Part shown: positions 1-12,807 of the stretch, one piece after another
Layout of the letters: every line of letters begins with the position of its first letter
Position numbering within the stretch: position 1 is the first letter of the stretch
Assembly: GCA_002633005.1 (NCBI GenBank)
Contig: NMRA01000010.1
Span: 1,047,252 to 1,111,251, forward strand
Reading direction: 5' to 3'
Length of the DNA: 64,000 nucleotides
Source: Phoronis australis
Lineage: Eukaryota; Animalia; Phoronida
Notes under the pieces: generated by a model
What the model was told of the DNA's origin: nothing
Database searches by the model: none
What the model saw: the letters and a program-made list of their open reading frames with translations, nothing else
Program-made: the position numbers and the translations under genes

Positions 1-2042
1 TACATGTGGTTTTCTGTAGACCCCAGACCGTCCCGAGTTGCACCATATACCAACTCCGGACGGTCTCTCACGACGATTAAGCGTTATGTTTTAGTAAATC
101 CTGCCAGTTCAGTGGACTTTTGTCTCGGAGTTGTTGTTTCTCTGAGGCCGATCTTTTTGCCCACTTCGCCAAATGGGGGGCTCTTTCGAGGCCCTCGAGA
201 CCTCCCCCCGGGTGCGCGCGTGGCCATAGCTACATAACTACATGTATTAGTCTACATTTACTATATCGCCAATCACGATCAATCGTGGCCACCGGGCGCA
301 ATCATGAAAAAATCAGTGCGGACACAATTCGCGTTCTGTCCAAGAACCGAACTTTCGAACTAGGTCACTTTACCACTGAAAATTGGTCTCAACCAAGCTG
401 TTTCATAGTCAGATAAAATGTGATTTCTTGGATTGCAAACAGATGACAGTTCATTACACCATAACATCTCGTTCGCTGCTTGAAATGACACGTCGTGTTA
501 AGCCAGTAAAACCTATCGATTTTAAAACTGCCTCTCAGATAGAAAAATCTAGCCAAAACCGTGCGCTCCCATCCGATTATCTACCACAATCTCGCGAAAT
601 CTTGGTTTTCTAGCGAGACACTTGTGCTACTGAACTCGATCCCGATCCCAAGCAACAACGAAGCGAGAATAACTTCGAAGCTATGAAATCACGTCAAATT
701 TGACTAAAACCAATTTCAAAACCGTAAATGCTCTTAATCAAATATTGTTTTTGTGATGAAAGTTGGGTTTATAACGGATTTACAACTTTAGATTTTTGTC
801 GCAGAATATATAATGCAAGTGCGTACAAGACAAGACAAGGGTCCTTTGCTGAACTTCCACGGAGTGCAATGGGCATTTGGAAAATCAGAACTGTAGCCCC
901 ATTGATGGCACAAAGTCACATTCCAAACGTTTGCTTTGGGTTGGTAAGGAATTTAGTCAAGAGATGACGCGAATTGTGGCGTCAAACTAGAAGGCAGTCG
1001 CATACTTGACGTCATTCTTATCTTCCTATTGCTGCACTGTAAACTCTTGTTTAAACGTATTTTCTCGGGGGTATTCTGGACCATTGGACGGCATTGTGAG
1101 AGTCACACAACTTGCTGTAGCAGATATGAAACACCTCCGAGAGATTGTTTTAGGGCACGAAAATACCCGAGGTGTTCTGGAGGTCTCTTCTGATATATTT
1201 ACGGAACTCAGCTCTGCCCAATCCTTAAATTTGAATTTATTGGGAAGATGCTGACGAAATTAAAGTCGTTTTCAATAGCATCACCGAACTACAAAACAGT
1301 TCTCTTTTACTAGACATACATTCGCGTTATACCTAGTTACGTGGCATCAAACGGCAGTAATTTTCCATCAGTTGTCCATTATAGTTCTATAAAAAATCAC
1401 TTAGAACAAATCTTATCTCATTTCACACTAGCTTACAGCTCCTCACAAATTACACTGGTTCCCGTACACAGTGAATATCGAAGTGCTTGTCATGTTGTCT
1501 TCTCTAGAATGGGAGGTTGAAAAACGACGCCCACAATGTCAATGACCGTCATATTGTTCTCCATCTGCTTAAATACTAAGTGGACCTCTGCAGCTTGTGC
1601 TTGAAAGCCATGTCCATGCCTGCAGCTCTGTCCAATTAGTTGATTCGAAAGTGACTATCATATGTGCACAACCGGCAACTTCAAACAAGAGAAAAATACA
1701 CTTAATTGCTTGTTTTCACCCAATGAGGTCATTTGCGTACTATTTCAGTGAGCTAACAAACAGTGCATGTTGAATGCTAAATTTCCAGAAACTAAAAATT
1801 TGGTGAATAGCAAGTATGGACCAGACAAGTTAAATCGATCTTCGACAAATCTGATGGGTCTCAGGAGTGCTTCTACCTGACGTTCGCGCAGAATTCAACT
1901 TACCGCTTGCATCCAGCGAGGATATCAAAAGCCAAGACTAGGAGCATGGGTCCAAAGGTATAGGTCAATTTCCTTTTCTCACTGGGAACAGATTCCTTTC
2001 CAGGTCCAGGGATCTTTTTCATGAAAGTGACGTAAGACTTGA

Positions 2043-2255
2043 GACAGAAATTTGGTCTCACGCTCCACATAGCTATTTCGGAAAATTATTTACACCCGCT
2101 TTAGTAAAAAAGTGAAGTATTTGAGAATACACTCGTCAATGTCAATAACTGAGAAAGTTATATAAATCATTTACAGCCAGTGAAATTCTATTAATTACAT
2201 AATTAAAACTTTACTCAAGAATTGTGAAGTGGGTTCAGAAGACCAAATTTCTGTC
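2043..2255. mobile_element. Small MITE-like element
   Basis: Perfect 16-bp inverted repeat GACAGAAATTTGGTCT (2043-2058) / AGACCAAATTTCTGTC (2240-2255) around a non-coding AT-rich core. Confidence 0.5.
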
Positions 2256-2294
2256 CTGTGTCCGTAAAAGTCACATTTCATGAGACAGACTTGT

Positions 2295-2820
2295 GTGCTT
2301 TCAATTCTGTACCACTCAAGTAACAAGTGTTGTTTTCGTCAAATTGCTTACTGTCACCAAGTAACGTGTGATGTTATGGGATGTTTACGAGTGGACAACT
2401 GTCCCGCAGTGCATTTGGAATTAGGCAGCAACGCAGAAGTGAAATCCACCAAATTGTCATGTGTCATGTGTCAATACACTGGCACATGATCAAAGATACT
2501 ATAAAATCTTTGACATGATTAAGGAATGAAAGCTATAGCTTATAATGGTAGCGAGAAAAACGTCAGCAGAGCTGTAGACAAAATCCACCGAGTTCGGTGC
2601 ATTTTGATGTTCACTTTCAATGTGTTATTTTTGTGTAATAGTTGCTTATTCGTGTCCGCATCAGAAGCATATTGTAGCAGACCCGTGCTTTCCATTCGGA
2701 TGAAGTGTTGTTTTCCGTCAAATTCCTTACATGTCACCGTGATGTTACCGGATGTTTACGAGCGGACGACTGTCCCATAATGCATTTGCAAATCGTCAAC
2801 AGCGCCGAAGTTAAATCACC
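2295..2820 (+). repeat. Diverged direct repeat, two ~140-155 bp copies (about 2295-2450 and 2685-2820)
   Basis: Shared blocks GTGCTTTC, AAGTGTTGTTTT..CGTCAAATT, GTGATGTTA..GGATGTTTACGAG.GGAC.ACTGTCCC and TGCATTTG occur in the same order. Confidence 0.7.
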
Positions 2821-5800
2821 CTGATATTTAGTACGTGTTTCAACAAATTAGCAACTGATAGTGGAATGTTAACTATTTGCAGTCGTCACCATGCTGCTAA
2901 TGCGTTGCTTATCTAATTTGAGGCGGCGAATGCTACATGTGTTGCCGAGTACAGCACTTCCATATGCACCATCCGACCCTACTACAAGCGATTACGTATC
3001 ACCGTATGCCGTTTTCAGCCAGGTGTGGGATTACCCACGTGGATAGGTGTAATATAAAGGAACGCCACCTATTAAAGATAGTCGTTTAGCTGGGGTTCCG
3101 CAATAGGTGAGACAATTGAAGGTCTTGAATACCTTTAATTACACTTTTCTTAAAATCAAATGAAGATATATACATTATGTGTTTCAGCGTCGACGAACAG
3201 AGGCCATAATTTACCCCACCCGAAATTATCTTGGTTGTTACGATTGTTGGTCATGACTATACACAACGTATAGTACCTGTCTTTGGACTTTATCGCAGAT
3301 ACCGTCAAACCACTCGAACGTGTATGAACAGGACCTGCAAAGAGATGCAGTAAATGACGTCATACAGCAGCCTATACTTCCGAAGACCGAATTCTCATAT
3401 TTATCGCAACTTCTCATGTAAAGGCGGTGGTCAATCGGACCAGCAAGGACAATTTCCGGTGGGAGGAATGTGCTCTCCTAGATAAGCCTTTAATGACAGT
3501 CAATAGGTTGTTTTAGTGGCAGTTAAATTTAACTCCGCCGATTTGATTAGCAATCGGCACCTGAAAAATGTTTTGCTGCACGTGAAGGCCAGGCTACAAA
3601 TGATATTTGCTTGATTTTTAGTCTGTTTCTGGTCTAATTGAAATAACGCTAGTTGTTGACCTATAACCTTTTGCAAGTGGGCGGTTGAGATTTTGCAGGA
3701 AAGTACATATAAGGTTGGCTTCAGAAATTTTGGATTTGTAAAAAATGTATTTCGACGACTCGCATTTTCCACCTGATTTCGACTGTCTGAATACTCTATG
3801 TCTTTATTCATAGTCATTGCAAATGGGGGTTTTGGGGTGAAAACTACAGTAACTGCTTTGGTGAATTTTGTTCGTTTTTTTTTTTGAGCAACCGGCTGTA
3901 CTTTTGGTAGTCGTAAAAGATAAAAATTGACTTTGGTACCAGTTTCATTGAGCTTTAAGCAAGGTTTCTGAAGTGAATGGTACAGTACTGTTCACATCTA
4001 TAACATTGTACATTGGAACGGACAGCTGGAGCTGTCTGAACCTGATCTTCCACAGTCAAAACCAAGAAAAACTCTTGTGGGTCAACCATTAGATGGTAGA
4101 TGTTCTTCAATTTTTGTGAGCTGTTTGAGTGGAAACGAAACCTTCCGCCAAGTGAGGGCATAGTAGTGTTTTGTATCGCTTCTGTATCGGTTTTATAAAT
4201 TTGATAAAAACAGAGAAGCATCGAGATTTTTTGCAAATTTCTTTCGGTTAATTAAGAGTTTCCACTTTGGCTAATATGGTCAATTCTTACGCAATTTCCC
4301 TCAGGTTATTTGGTTAAGTCTTTCATTAAAATATAATGTAGTGCTTCTCTTGGTTCCATCATGCTGAAACGGTTAAAAGGCCTAGTACAAGGTCATTTAA
4401 ACCGTCTCAATGACTGAGTGTAAGAATGACTGTGTAAACAAAGCTTGCCACTGTAACAATTATGTGCACGTCACATCGAGTTATTTCTTAAGGAGAATAA
4501 GACCTTGTTTCATATATTTGAATTTCTAGGTAAATATTTCATTGAATTCATTGATATACATGTACTAGGGGATCCTGTCCGAAATTTTGTCATGAGATAT
4601 TAAACCCTATTTCAACCAATTTTTGGCCTGCCCTCTGCTAATGCATCATTGGCGTTTCACGTAAGTGGTAAAAATTGGATTTATCTAAAACACAAAATGT
4701 TTGTCATGGAATGAATATCAAGGCTTCTTCGCGGGTAATGCCTTATATGGAGAAGGTCACGCTTGCCTGTCAAGTAGACCGTAAGGAGTTTTCAAAATTT
4801 GCTCTAAACCTATGAGGGCTGACGGTGGTTACAGGGCATTGTTTTCGTGTGGATGCTAAAGTCATTTTCAATATTTGTTGACAAGCCAAAATTGGGTTTG
4901 GTACTCTCTTAGAATACAATGCAAATGAATAAAATCATTACTTAGAATATTCTACATACCTTAGCACCAATTAATTTGTTGAATTATGATGGCAATTATC
5001 CATGGAAACTGCAGCGTTTACAAGGTAAAGGCAGGACGACACAAGCTGACTTACCTCAAACGTCGTACTTACTTCCAGACAGGGGGCACTGTGTGAGTTC
5101 GTGGCAGCAGTCTGCAGCTCGTTGTAAGCCAAAACAGCTCCGTAGACAAATGTTCTTTTGCCTGACCAAATACTGGTGGTTTTAGTTTCCGACACGAAAT
5201 TCCTTATTCGTCAACTCCTGGCCAAACGAACTACTTGACCCTATATGGTAGCCTCTGCGGAGGAAATGAACTGGTTCCAATGTCTTTTAGACTGAAATCA
5301 GCTACCCTAGCACAACGCGACCCCCTCCAATTCTGTGTCAGTCAACTATTGTAAAAACGCATTGACTTGGTTGATGGCACCAGTCTGTCTTCGGAGGGAT
5401 TGGACTATTGTGGCACCCCCTGTGTGCCACTTGTGTCTTTTGCTTGTATGTTGCACTTGTTCTGCATAAGTATGTTTGTTTTCAAGATCTGCATTTCTTG
5501 TCCATGTGCTCCATTCCATTTCTCACAGTTTCTTACGCACAACGCTCTTTTTACAGAATGTTTTACGGATGAGGAGACGACTTGAAGTTATTATTCGCGC
5601 ATTATTGTCAATCGCTTACTACCAATGCTTCGAGGTTCGCGCGATTAGAAATAATTGTAATTGCTTCCTTATAACTCTTTTGATTTTGCCTGTCAGTAAG
5701 ACACGCGTATGTGAGCAGGATTAAAGATAATTGAAACTGGGTGTTGATAACAAATGTCCCTTACAGCAGCGATAAAGAACTTGAAAAATCAATAATTTTC

Positions 5801-6221
5801 AATTTATGTTTGTTAATTGAAAAATGAGGTTGATGTGTTCATCTTGAAATGAAAATGGGCAACCGGTTCCCGTTACAATCTTCTTTGTAAAGAAAAATAT
5901 CATTTTTCGTGCTCAGAACCAACTCGCCATAGTTTCGGTTCCTACGTTTGGGAATTTAGGCTGTGATTGAACTGAAGATGTCACATTTTGAAGATTTTTT
6001 CACCTCTGAAGCGTGTTGGATTGGTGTGGTATGGGATGAGGATAATTCCGAGAAAAAGGTTTTGTTATGTAAAAGCGACAAAGTTTTGTTTTTAGTTTTT
6101 AGGTCAGCCAAACAGATTGACATGCAGTTTTGATGGTTCACATTAAACAAAAAATTAAAGTGATGCGCTCACTGAAGACAAAATTATCACCCAAACGTCA
6201 AATTCTATTTTCAGTTAGACG

Positions 6222-6270
6222 ATGAAGTTGCTTGTGCTTGCTCTTGCTGTAGCATCGGTGCAGGTCATCG
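6222..6270 (+). CDS. Secreted coiled-coil protein, coding exon 1 (signal peptide MKLLVLALAVASVQVI)
   Basis: ATG at 6222 just after an acceptor TTTTCAG (6214). Basic-hydrophobic signal peptide followed by a G|GTGAGT donor in phase 1, which joins exon 2 in frame. Confidence 0.8.
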
Positions 6271-7277
6271 GTGAGTTACTTTTGAATCTCCATCTTTTCG
6301 AATATCCCAAAAACTGAATATTATAAAAGTTGGTGGTTCTGTTTTGCATGGTACGTTTTGTTATACAAGTTAAAAATACCATACATCGAGTGTCCCAAAA
6401 ATCGTCTTATTTTTTATTCGAATTATTTATGCGATAAATCGACAGACATTCATGAAATTTACACAGATATTCCAATCCATTCCCAATAACAATGTAAAAG
6501 TGATCAAAATCCATTAAATATTACGCATATCATTTCGTAATCCACCACAAACTTGTTTTAACAGGTGAAACTCCTTGGTGGTATCGGCGTGTATCGATCT
6601 CTGTCGCTTGCGATACATGTTTACACCGCATCTTATGCGTCATTCGAAAACAGAACAACTACGTCCCTTATGAACTTGTTAATTCAAAAGAATGTATATT
6701 TTTGGAAGGAAAGAAATTACTGTCATTTTTAGTGATTTGCTAGTCATTAATGGGGAGAAATTCCTCAGGTACTAGGGCTCAAACTTTATTAAAGAACTGT
6801 TTAAGATAAATTATTGCTTCATGGAAAGCAATTACGATCACGTTACGTGTAACAAAAGCATTTCAAGGTGGGATTAGAAATTGTGTCTGGTGGAGCCAAT
6901 GTCAAGCATATCATATCTACAGTAGTCACCGAGTACAGTTAAATTGTTACCACTTCACAGCCCTGATGTATTTCTTCTCTCAGATTTTTGAAGAAAGCAG
7001 ATTAATGATAGTTACTGGTTGATTAATCGCAAGGATGTCAGCAGTCAAAAAGCGGCACACTTTGAAACGTTTGATTGAAATGTACATGTGCTTTCTTTGC
7101 CTCTTTCTCGTGTACAAGTTTGTTCCTTTGGCACTCGTTCTCTGCCATTGCGCATGTCACAAATTGTGTTGCACCAAAAGCAGTTGATATCGTTTTTTGT
7201 ACCACTGGCTGTATTTTCCAATTGAATGTATGGCTATAGTTTTCAATGGTTTCAATAAGATTTTTATATTACTTCAG

Positions 7278-8476
7278 AGTCCGGTCCCGTGGGCTCCGTC
7301 GTTGGAAACTTATTGTCACTCACTGAAATCTCTCTGAAGCTGGGTGACATCATATCCGGTGGTTGTGTTTTCGTGCCTGAAATATGCAAGCTTCGAACAG
7401 AAATTGAAAACATGAACAAGGTGCTAGCGCCCAAAATGAAGAAACTGATAAAATTACACGATGCCAACAAGAAGTTTTACAATCAAATGACGAACGTCGT
7501 ATATCAGAACAAAGACATCGTAGGCATTCAAAAGAACATTGAAGAGTTGGCTGCTGGTATCACAAGAACCCTGGAGAGCAGATCTAGCATCCTGTCACAG
7601 TTAGAAAGGGAGTTCAGCAGAGGTACTAACCGCCTAACCAACATCTTTCAATCAGAGGTGAATAAATTTTCCTACACCGACCGAAGTGTCAATACCGCCA
7701 CCTTATTGTACCAGGAGCTGAAGTTCACATACACCAGATTGCAGAAGGACGGCCAAGCGAAAAAGTTTAACAGTTTCGAAGAAGTCATAGTAGCTATCGG
7801 CAAGCCCGTCATCAAACCCCTGGTGAACCCTGAGCCTCTAAAATTCGTGCGTGCGTACAATGCCGTCTCCGGGGTTACAACTTGGATGAATCTGCCTGGA
7901 AAGAAAACCTTCATCCAATCTCTAGATAAATTTGGACCTGTAGTTTTCAGTCTTTATGGCATCGTTGCTGGCCTTGTCTTTGATATTACAGCAGCAATCA
8001 AAGCACGTGACGCAATGAGAAAAACACGTGATGACATGCGAGAAATAATGAAGACCATTGACCCTAAAATAAAAGCGGAAGAACAAGCGCAGAAAGATAT
8101 GACGGATGACTTTAAAGTACAGAGAAAGTTCTTCACCGATATCTTGCGACCCATTCAGTACGCTATTAATATCAATCTTGACGCTGACCGACTGCAGAAT
8201 GCTCAAATAGCAGACATCCTCAAGGCACAAAAAACAGCAATCGTCGAGATGGAAGCCACTGGTAAGTCTCAGCAGCAAGTCTACACCCGTCAACAGCAAC
8301 GAGTTGTCATCAGTACAGGAGTCAAGTACGGTGATTCCTTGTCGACAATCAAGAGGCGGCTGCAAAGGGCAGGTCTACCGAGCGTGCCTGATTACCTTAT
8401 GTTGAGAATGATTGCCGAAGACAACCCTAACCTGAAAACCTACGACGGCAAAGACCTCACTCGATACAGGGGATAA
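7278..8476 (+). CDS. Secreted coiled-coil protein, coding exon 2 (~415 aa total; unknown, possibly alpha-pore-forming-toxin-like)
   Basis: Acceptor TTACTTCAG|AG at 7277 gives ...VQVIESGPVGSVVGNLL, in frame with the 395-codon ORF. Long heptad-like helices flank the hydrophobic segment FGPVVFSLYGIVAGLVFDITAAI. Confidence 0.85.
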
Positions 8477-8714
8477 GCGAATTGGGATTTTTGAATGAGC
8501 TTGCTTCTTGTTATTTCTTCGTATTTTATTTATCGAGAAAATGACAATAGTGAATTCTGCTACTCGAAGTCGCGTACTCTATTCAATTTGTATGAAGTTT
8601 TTAGTACCTGGCCGACAAACGTTTACTCAAGATACTACTCGATAGTTAACAAATCCGCGCTTGACACGCGTAACTTTTCCAGAGTCACTTTAAGACACTT
8701 ATATTGATATTTAA

Positions 8715-9560
8715 AATGAGGATGACCTCTTCAGTGATAGCACAGTTTTCCAAGAGGGCTGTCACCAACAAGAAACAGTAATATAATACAATGAAGTAAT
8801 AAACCAACAATTAAATATACGTAACAAAGATAGAATTAAAACAGGTTGAGAATTAAGACAATAGATAAATGACGAAGAATGGTGCAAACTTAACTAATAA
8901 AGAGGTGACTCTAAACAGTGACAGTATTTACGACAATGAAAAAATTACAGAATTAAGACAGGTAGGGCCTAGGGTATAAAAAGGTTAGGTAAATTACAGC
9001 CACTTTTTAATATTAAAATTGAAAGTATTAATTGAATCGGACCGTTTGATTTCTGGACTAAAAGAATTCCATATTGTAGCAGCAGCATAGATAAAAGATC
9101 TCTTGCCGGTCTCGGTTTTAATTTTTTTAAAGGAAACATTTCCAGCAACAGAAGAGCGTGTAGAATATACAGCTTGACTGCTGACACGTGACCTCTCTGT
9201 TTCGAAACATTTACAGATACGCTGGAAATGGTAAAATCTTCATGGATTACAATTCTTCATATGTTTTTGCAATTCTAAGCGTAGGCTTTGGTAGCTGCAA
9301 TTATCAGTGGAGCAATCGATAACACGTGTGATTCCACCGTGAAATTGGTATATTTGCGTAGTGTGCGAAGTATTGACAAAACAGTTCTGTACTTTAGACA
9401 ATCACTACTGATTAGACCACGAGATTTTATTACTTTTTTAACCACTGAAAGGTAAGACCAAAATGTGGGAGTGTGTAAAGCAACAAAACGAACCGGCAAC
9501 AGTACTGACGGAATCGAAAGATAGAACTTGAAACCTCGTACTTGTGAGTTACACAAAAAC
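8715..9560 (-). mobile_element. Degenerate 3' end of a CR1/L2-like LINE
   Basis: Minus-strand translation YSTRSSVAGNVSFKKIKTETGKRSFIYAAATIWNSF (about 9177-9060) resembles the end of L2/CR1-group ORF2. Boundaries are approximate. Confidence 0.6.
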
Positions 9561-11768
9561 AATGTTCTCGATACTTTTATAACGTTAAAAACTACGGTTA
9601 CTAGTTTCCAAATAGTTAAAAATAATATTTCTTTTGAAGATAGTGATTAGGAATGCATTATCGATGAATATATATTTATTTGCACATTTTGTAATGCAAA
9701 TTAAGCTGCATTTCGCCTAACTAGACGTGCAAAGTAAAGTTGCATTTCGCCTAACTAGAAACGCAAGTCAATTAGATCTTTTGCTCTCTTAAAATCGGTC
9801 TCATGACACTTTCATTGTGATAGAATTATATTCAAGAACATTGAAACTATGAGGACTCGAGATTTTTTTTAGACTTTACTGGGGTTGTCGAACTCCAAAG
9901 TTGAGAACTGACAATGGCACATGACGCATTGCTGGCGACGGTAACAAATCGAGACCGGATGAGCGTTGTATAATTTATTTATTTGTTATTGTAATATTTA
10001 CAATGAGGGTAGCCCCATCAGTTCTCATGTCCATCTATGGGGGCGCTCGAAAAGCGCTTCGTTTAAGGACTAAGCATTGACCCCTAAACAGTAATGAAAT
10101 GCCCCTGAACCGTTACAGACTTTCACTGGAATGAATCAGAATTCGTGTTAATGCGATTAATCTCAGAATTGTTCCCGGGGGAAGGTTCTCAGTTCCTCCT
10201 CTCACTTTCTGTGAAATACTTCGTTTCTTATGCTCTCACAGTTGCTGCCAAATTGAAAATATTTGTGCAAATTCTTTTAGGAATTGTTTATTACAGATTT
10301 GAAAAACTTTTGCATCTTACCAACCAACAATTAACTCATGAAGTGGTCATCGTACAGAGAATAAAAAGGTTTTCTGATATTTATGTTAATGTATATACGG
10401 AAATCAACGGACTCATAGGCGATTTTAACTATTGTAATATTATCATGAAAGTAAACGATGATGCTTCAGTGAACTTTAACGTAATTTATATTAAAGTTGG
10501 GAAATATCTATCATCCCACACCAAGCAGCAAAGTGCACAAACTGACTTTTGCTATTCTAGGATAACGCTCTAAGAAATTAATGTTTACGTGAATTTCTGG
10601 TGAAATTTAAATATTTCGATATCCTTTACCCGCTCCCGAGAGAGCAACCATTTTCAATAGGTATCCTGAAAGAGTGCCTTTTGCTGACTGTATCAGGGAC
10701 ACTGCAACTGCGGCGATTCTGTAACCTTTCAAGACGCAGAAATTTTTCGGTGATGCAAACACTAGAAAAGGTCACGGAAAAGTTAAAATGTAAGCAACAA
10801 ATTCTGTCGATTTCGTTGTCATTATAATAATCTGCAAGCATAATTATACAACATCCAGAATGTTGTTGAAAATCAACCTAAGTTCAACTCCTATAAAACT
10901 CCCCCTAAATTGCAATGCGGCTTGTTATTCTTGACATCAAAAAGATTCCATCTCTTCAATGATATCGGCCACAACGGACCATGTTCACGAAATTAACAAT
11001 GTCTTTTGACTGCTCTGTGAGCTTCGTCTGACAATTAAAAACAATTAGGTTTTTATATTCTTATCATTTATTTTTACCTTTTTCCACGTATACGATAAAG
11101 TATTTTAGGGTGACCTAAATGTGAAACGCCTATATAACACCTGGCGCGCGTTCTGTTGACTTAGTTTTTTGCGATAGCTCACAAGTTTTCGCGAGATATC
11201 TCCATTTCTAGCGAGGGAAGCATGTGACTATGTTACCTTCCTTAACGAGATTCTTGCATCTACAAAACTCTACCCAGGTAAAGCATTGTTCAAATTTTAT
11301 TCTATGAGCAAACAGCTGGGTGGCACCATTACGCGTAAAACACATTGTAAACAGCGAGAAATGGAGAAGCCTGTCCATTTTTTAAAAGAAGTAGGCTCAA
11401 AAAGTTCTTTGACGTAGATCGTCACTCAAAGATTTCGCATGCAATGTGGCTTGCGCATGTCTGATGCATAATGTCACTTTGATCTGGTTGTAGATGTCAT
11501 AGTCATTATTCGCCACGTGAAGTTTATTACATTTCCGTTTAAAAGGAATAATGATATCACTACCATTGTGTACTAATTGTGAAAATCTAGACAAGATCAC
11601 GACTTGGTCTTTAAATATGTAGCATACTTGCTGACTTAAGTCAAATTTAAATCCGTTCCCAGTTGTCACGGCGGCTGTTACACAGCAACGATAAGATATC
11701 AGCTAACACGTCACAAGTGCACTCACACGAGGAGTCTCACTTTGCACTTTATCATTTTACGTGGTTTC

Positions 11769-11951
11769 TCATGACTTCGTTTGTATGAGCATCTTATACA
11801 ATATTGAGTCGTTCATGCAACCTTTTATGAATTCGTCCAGTGTAAGGACCCCGTCTCCATTAGTGTCCATTTTTTGGAATATATCTTTGGTTTTTTCTTG
11901 TGGCGTGTCTTTGATCACAGCCAAGTCTTTTCCCGCCATTAAATATATTGC
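11769..11951 (-). CDS. Neuronal calcium sensor (NCS-1/neurocalcin/recoverin family), exon 4 (last)
   Basis: Acceptor TTTTTACAG|GCA. Encodes AIYLMAGKD...KMDTNGDGVLTLDEFIKGCMNDSILYKMLIQTKS* with EF-hand 4. Confidence 0.93.
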   Translation of the reverse strand, partial: AIYLMAGKDLAVIKDTPQEKTKDIFQKMDTNGDGVLTLDEFIKGCMNDSILYKMLIQTKS

Positions 11952-12690
11952 CTGTAAAAAGAGAAAAGGAACCAGTATGAAAACAAAATGAATTACATGT
12001 ATTGTGAACATTTTCGGGTAGCTAAATTTTGCCATTAACTCAGAAAAGTTTTCAACGGGCATTGATCCGCTATCAGATTCCGTAGCTTTCCAGAATGGAT
12101 TCTCTGAGCCGTAAGGAGGTCAACCTTATCATGCGGGAACCAGTAAAACCAACATCACCGACCGTATACTTGGATATGGGGTCTGACACAGATAAATGTT
12201 CCAACAGCATTATTCGTTGCATTTACCGTCCCCACATCGACAAACAGGGGACGCTGTCAATTTGTACGTTAAAACAAAACAACACGAAATCTCTAGTACT
12301 GATAAGGTAATCAACAGCTAATTAAAGCAACGTTAACTTCCTTTTTAAGGATCCAGTTGATACCCAGTGAAAACCACCGTTACAGTCACGTGTACCTTGG
12401 GGTTCACGTGACATCAGATTGTGAACCTTGTGTTCTGTAGGCCCAAGAAACGAGAGATGCATGTACTCCGACGGAGAAATCTTTACGTAACAATTTAACT
12501 TCACCTGTCAATCACTTTAGTGGCCGCCATTTTGCTAGGGTACACTGGTAATGTCCCGAGCATACTCGATGTTGGGCCTAAACTCAATTTACTCACGTGA
12601 GTGTATAATCTTGCGTGATCTTGCTTTTTCGGGAGATTTGTACGTATTCAGAACGCACCCCTGTCAACCAACAGTTAGAATGACTCATAC

Positions 12691-12807
12691 CTTCATTACT
12701 TCCGCCATCTCGTGCTCTTCGATGAAGCCATTGCCGTCAATGTCGTACAAGCGGAACGCCAACTCAAGTCGTTCCTCGGGGCTACCGCATTTAGTAGTAC
12801 TTATTGC
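12691..12807 (-). CDS. Neuronal calcium sensor, exon 3
   Basis: Boundaries CTACAG|GCA ... AAG|GTATGA. Encodes AISTTKCGSPEERLELAFRLYDIDGNGFIEEHEMAEVMK (EF-hand 3), phase 0/0. Confidence 0.93.

Noticed and set aside
1006-1254. Possible minus-strand exon bounded by AG/GT
   Set aside because: All minus frames contain stops and there is no recognisable homology; at most a UTR exon, which cannot be supported.
7672-8365. Minus-strand ORFs overlapping the 395-aa ORF (also those within 34814-35782, 49191-49865 and 52908-53870)
   Set aside because: Antisense shadows of real coding sequence, with no independent features.
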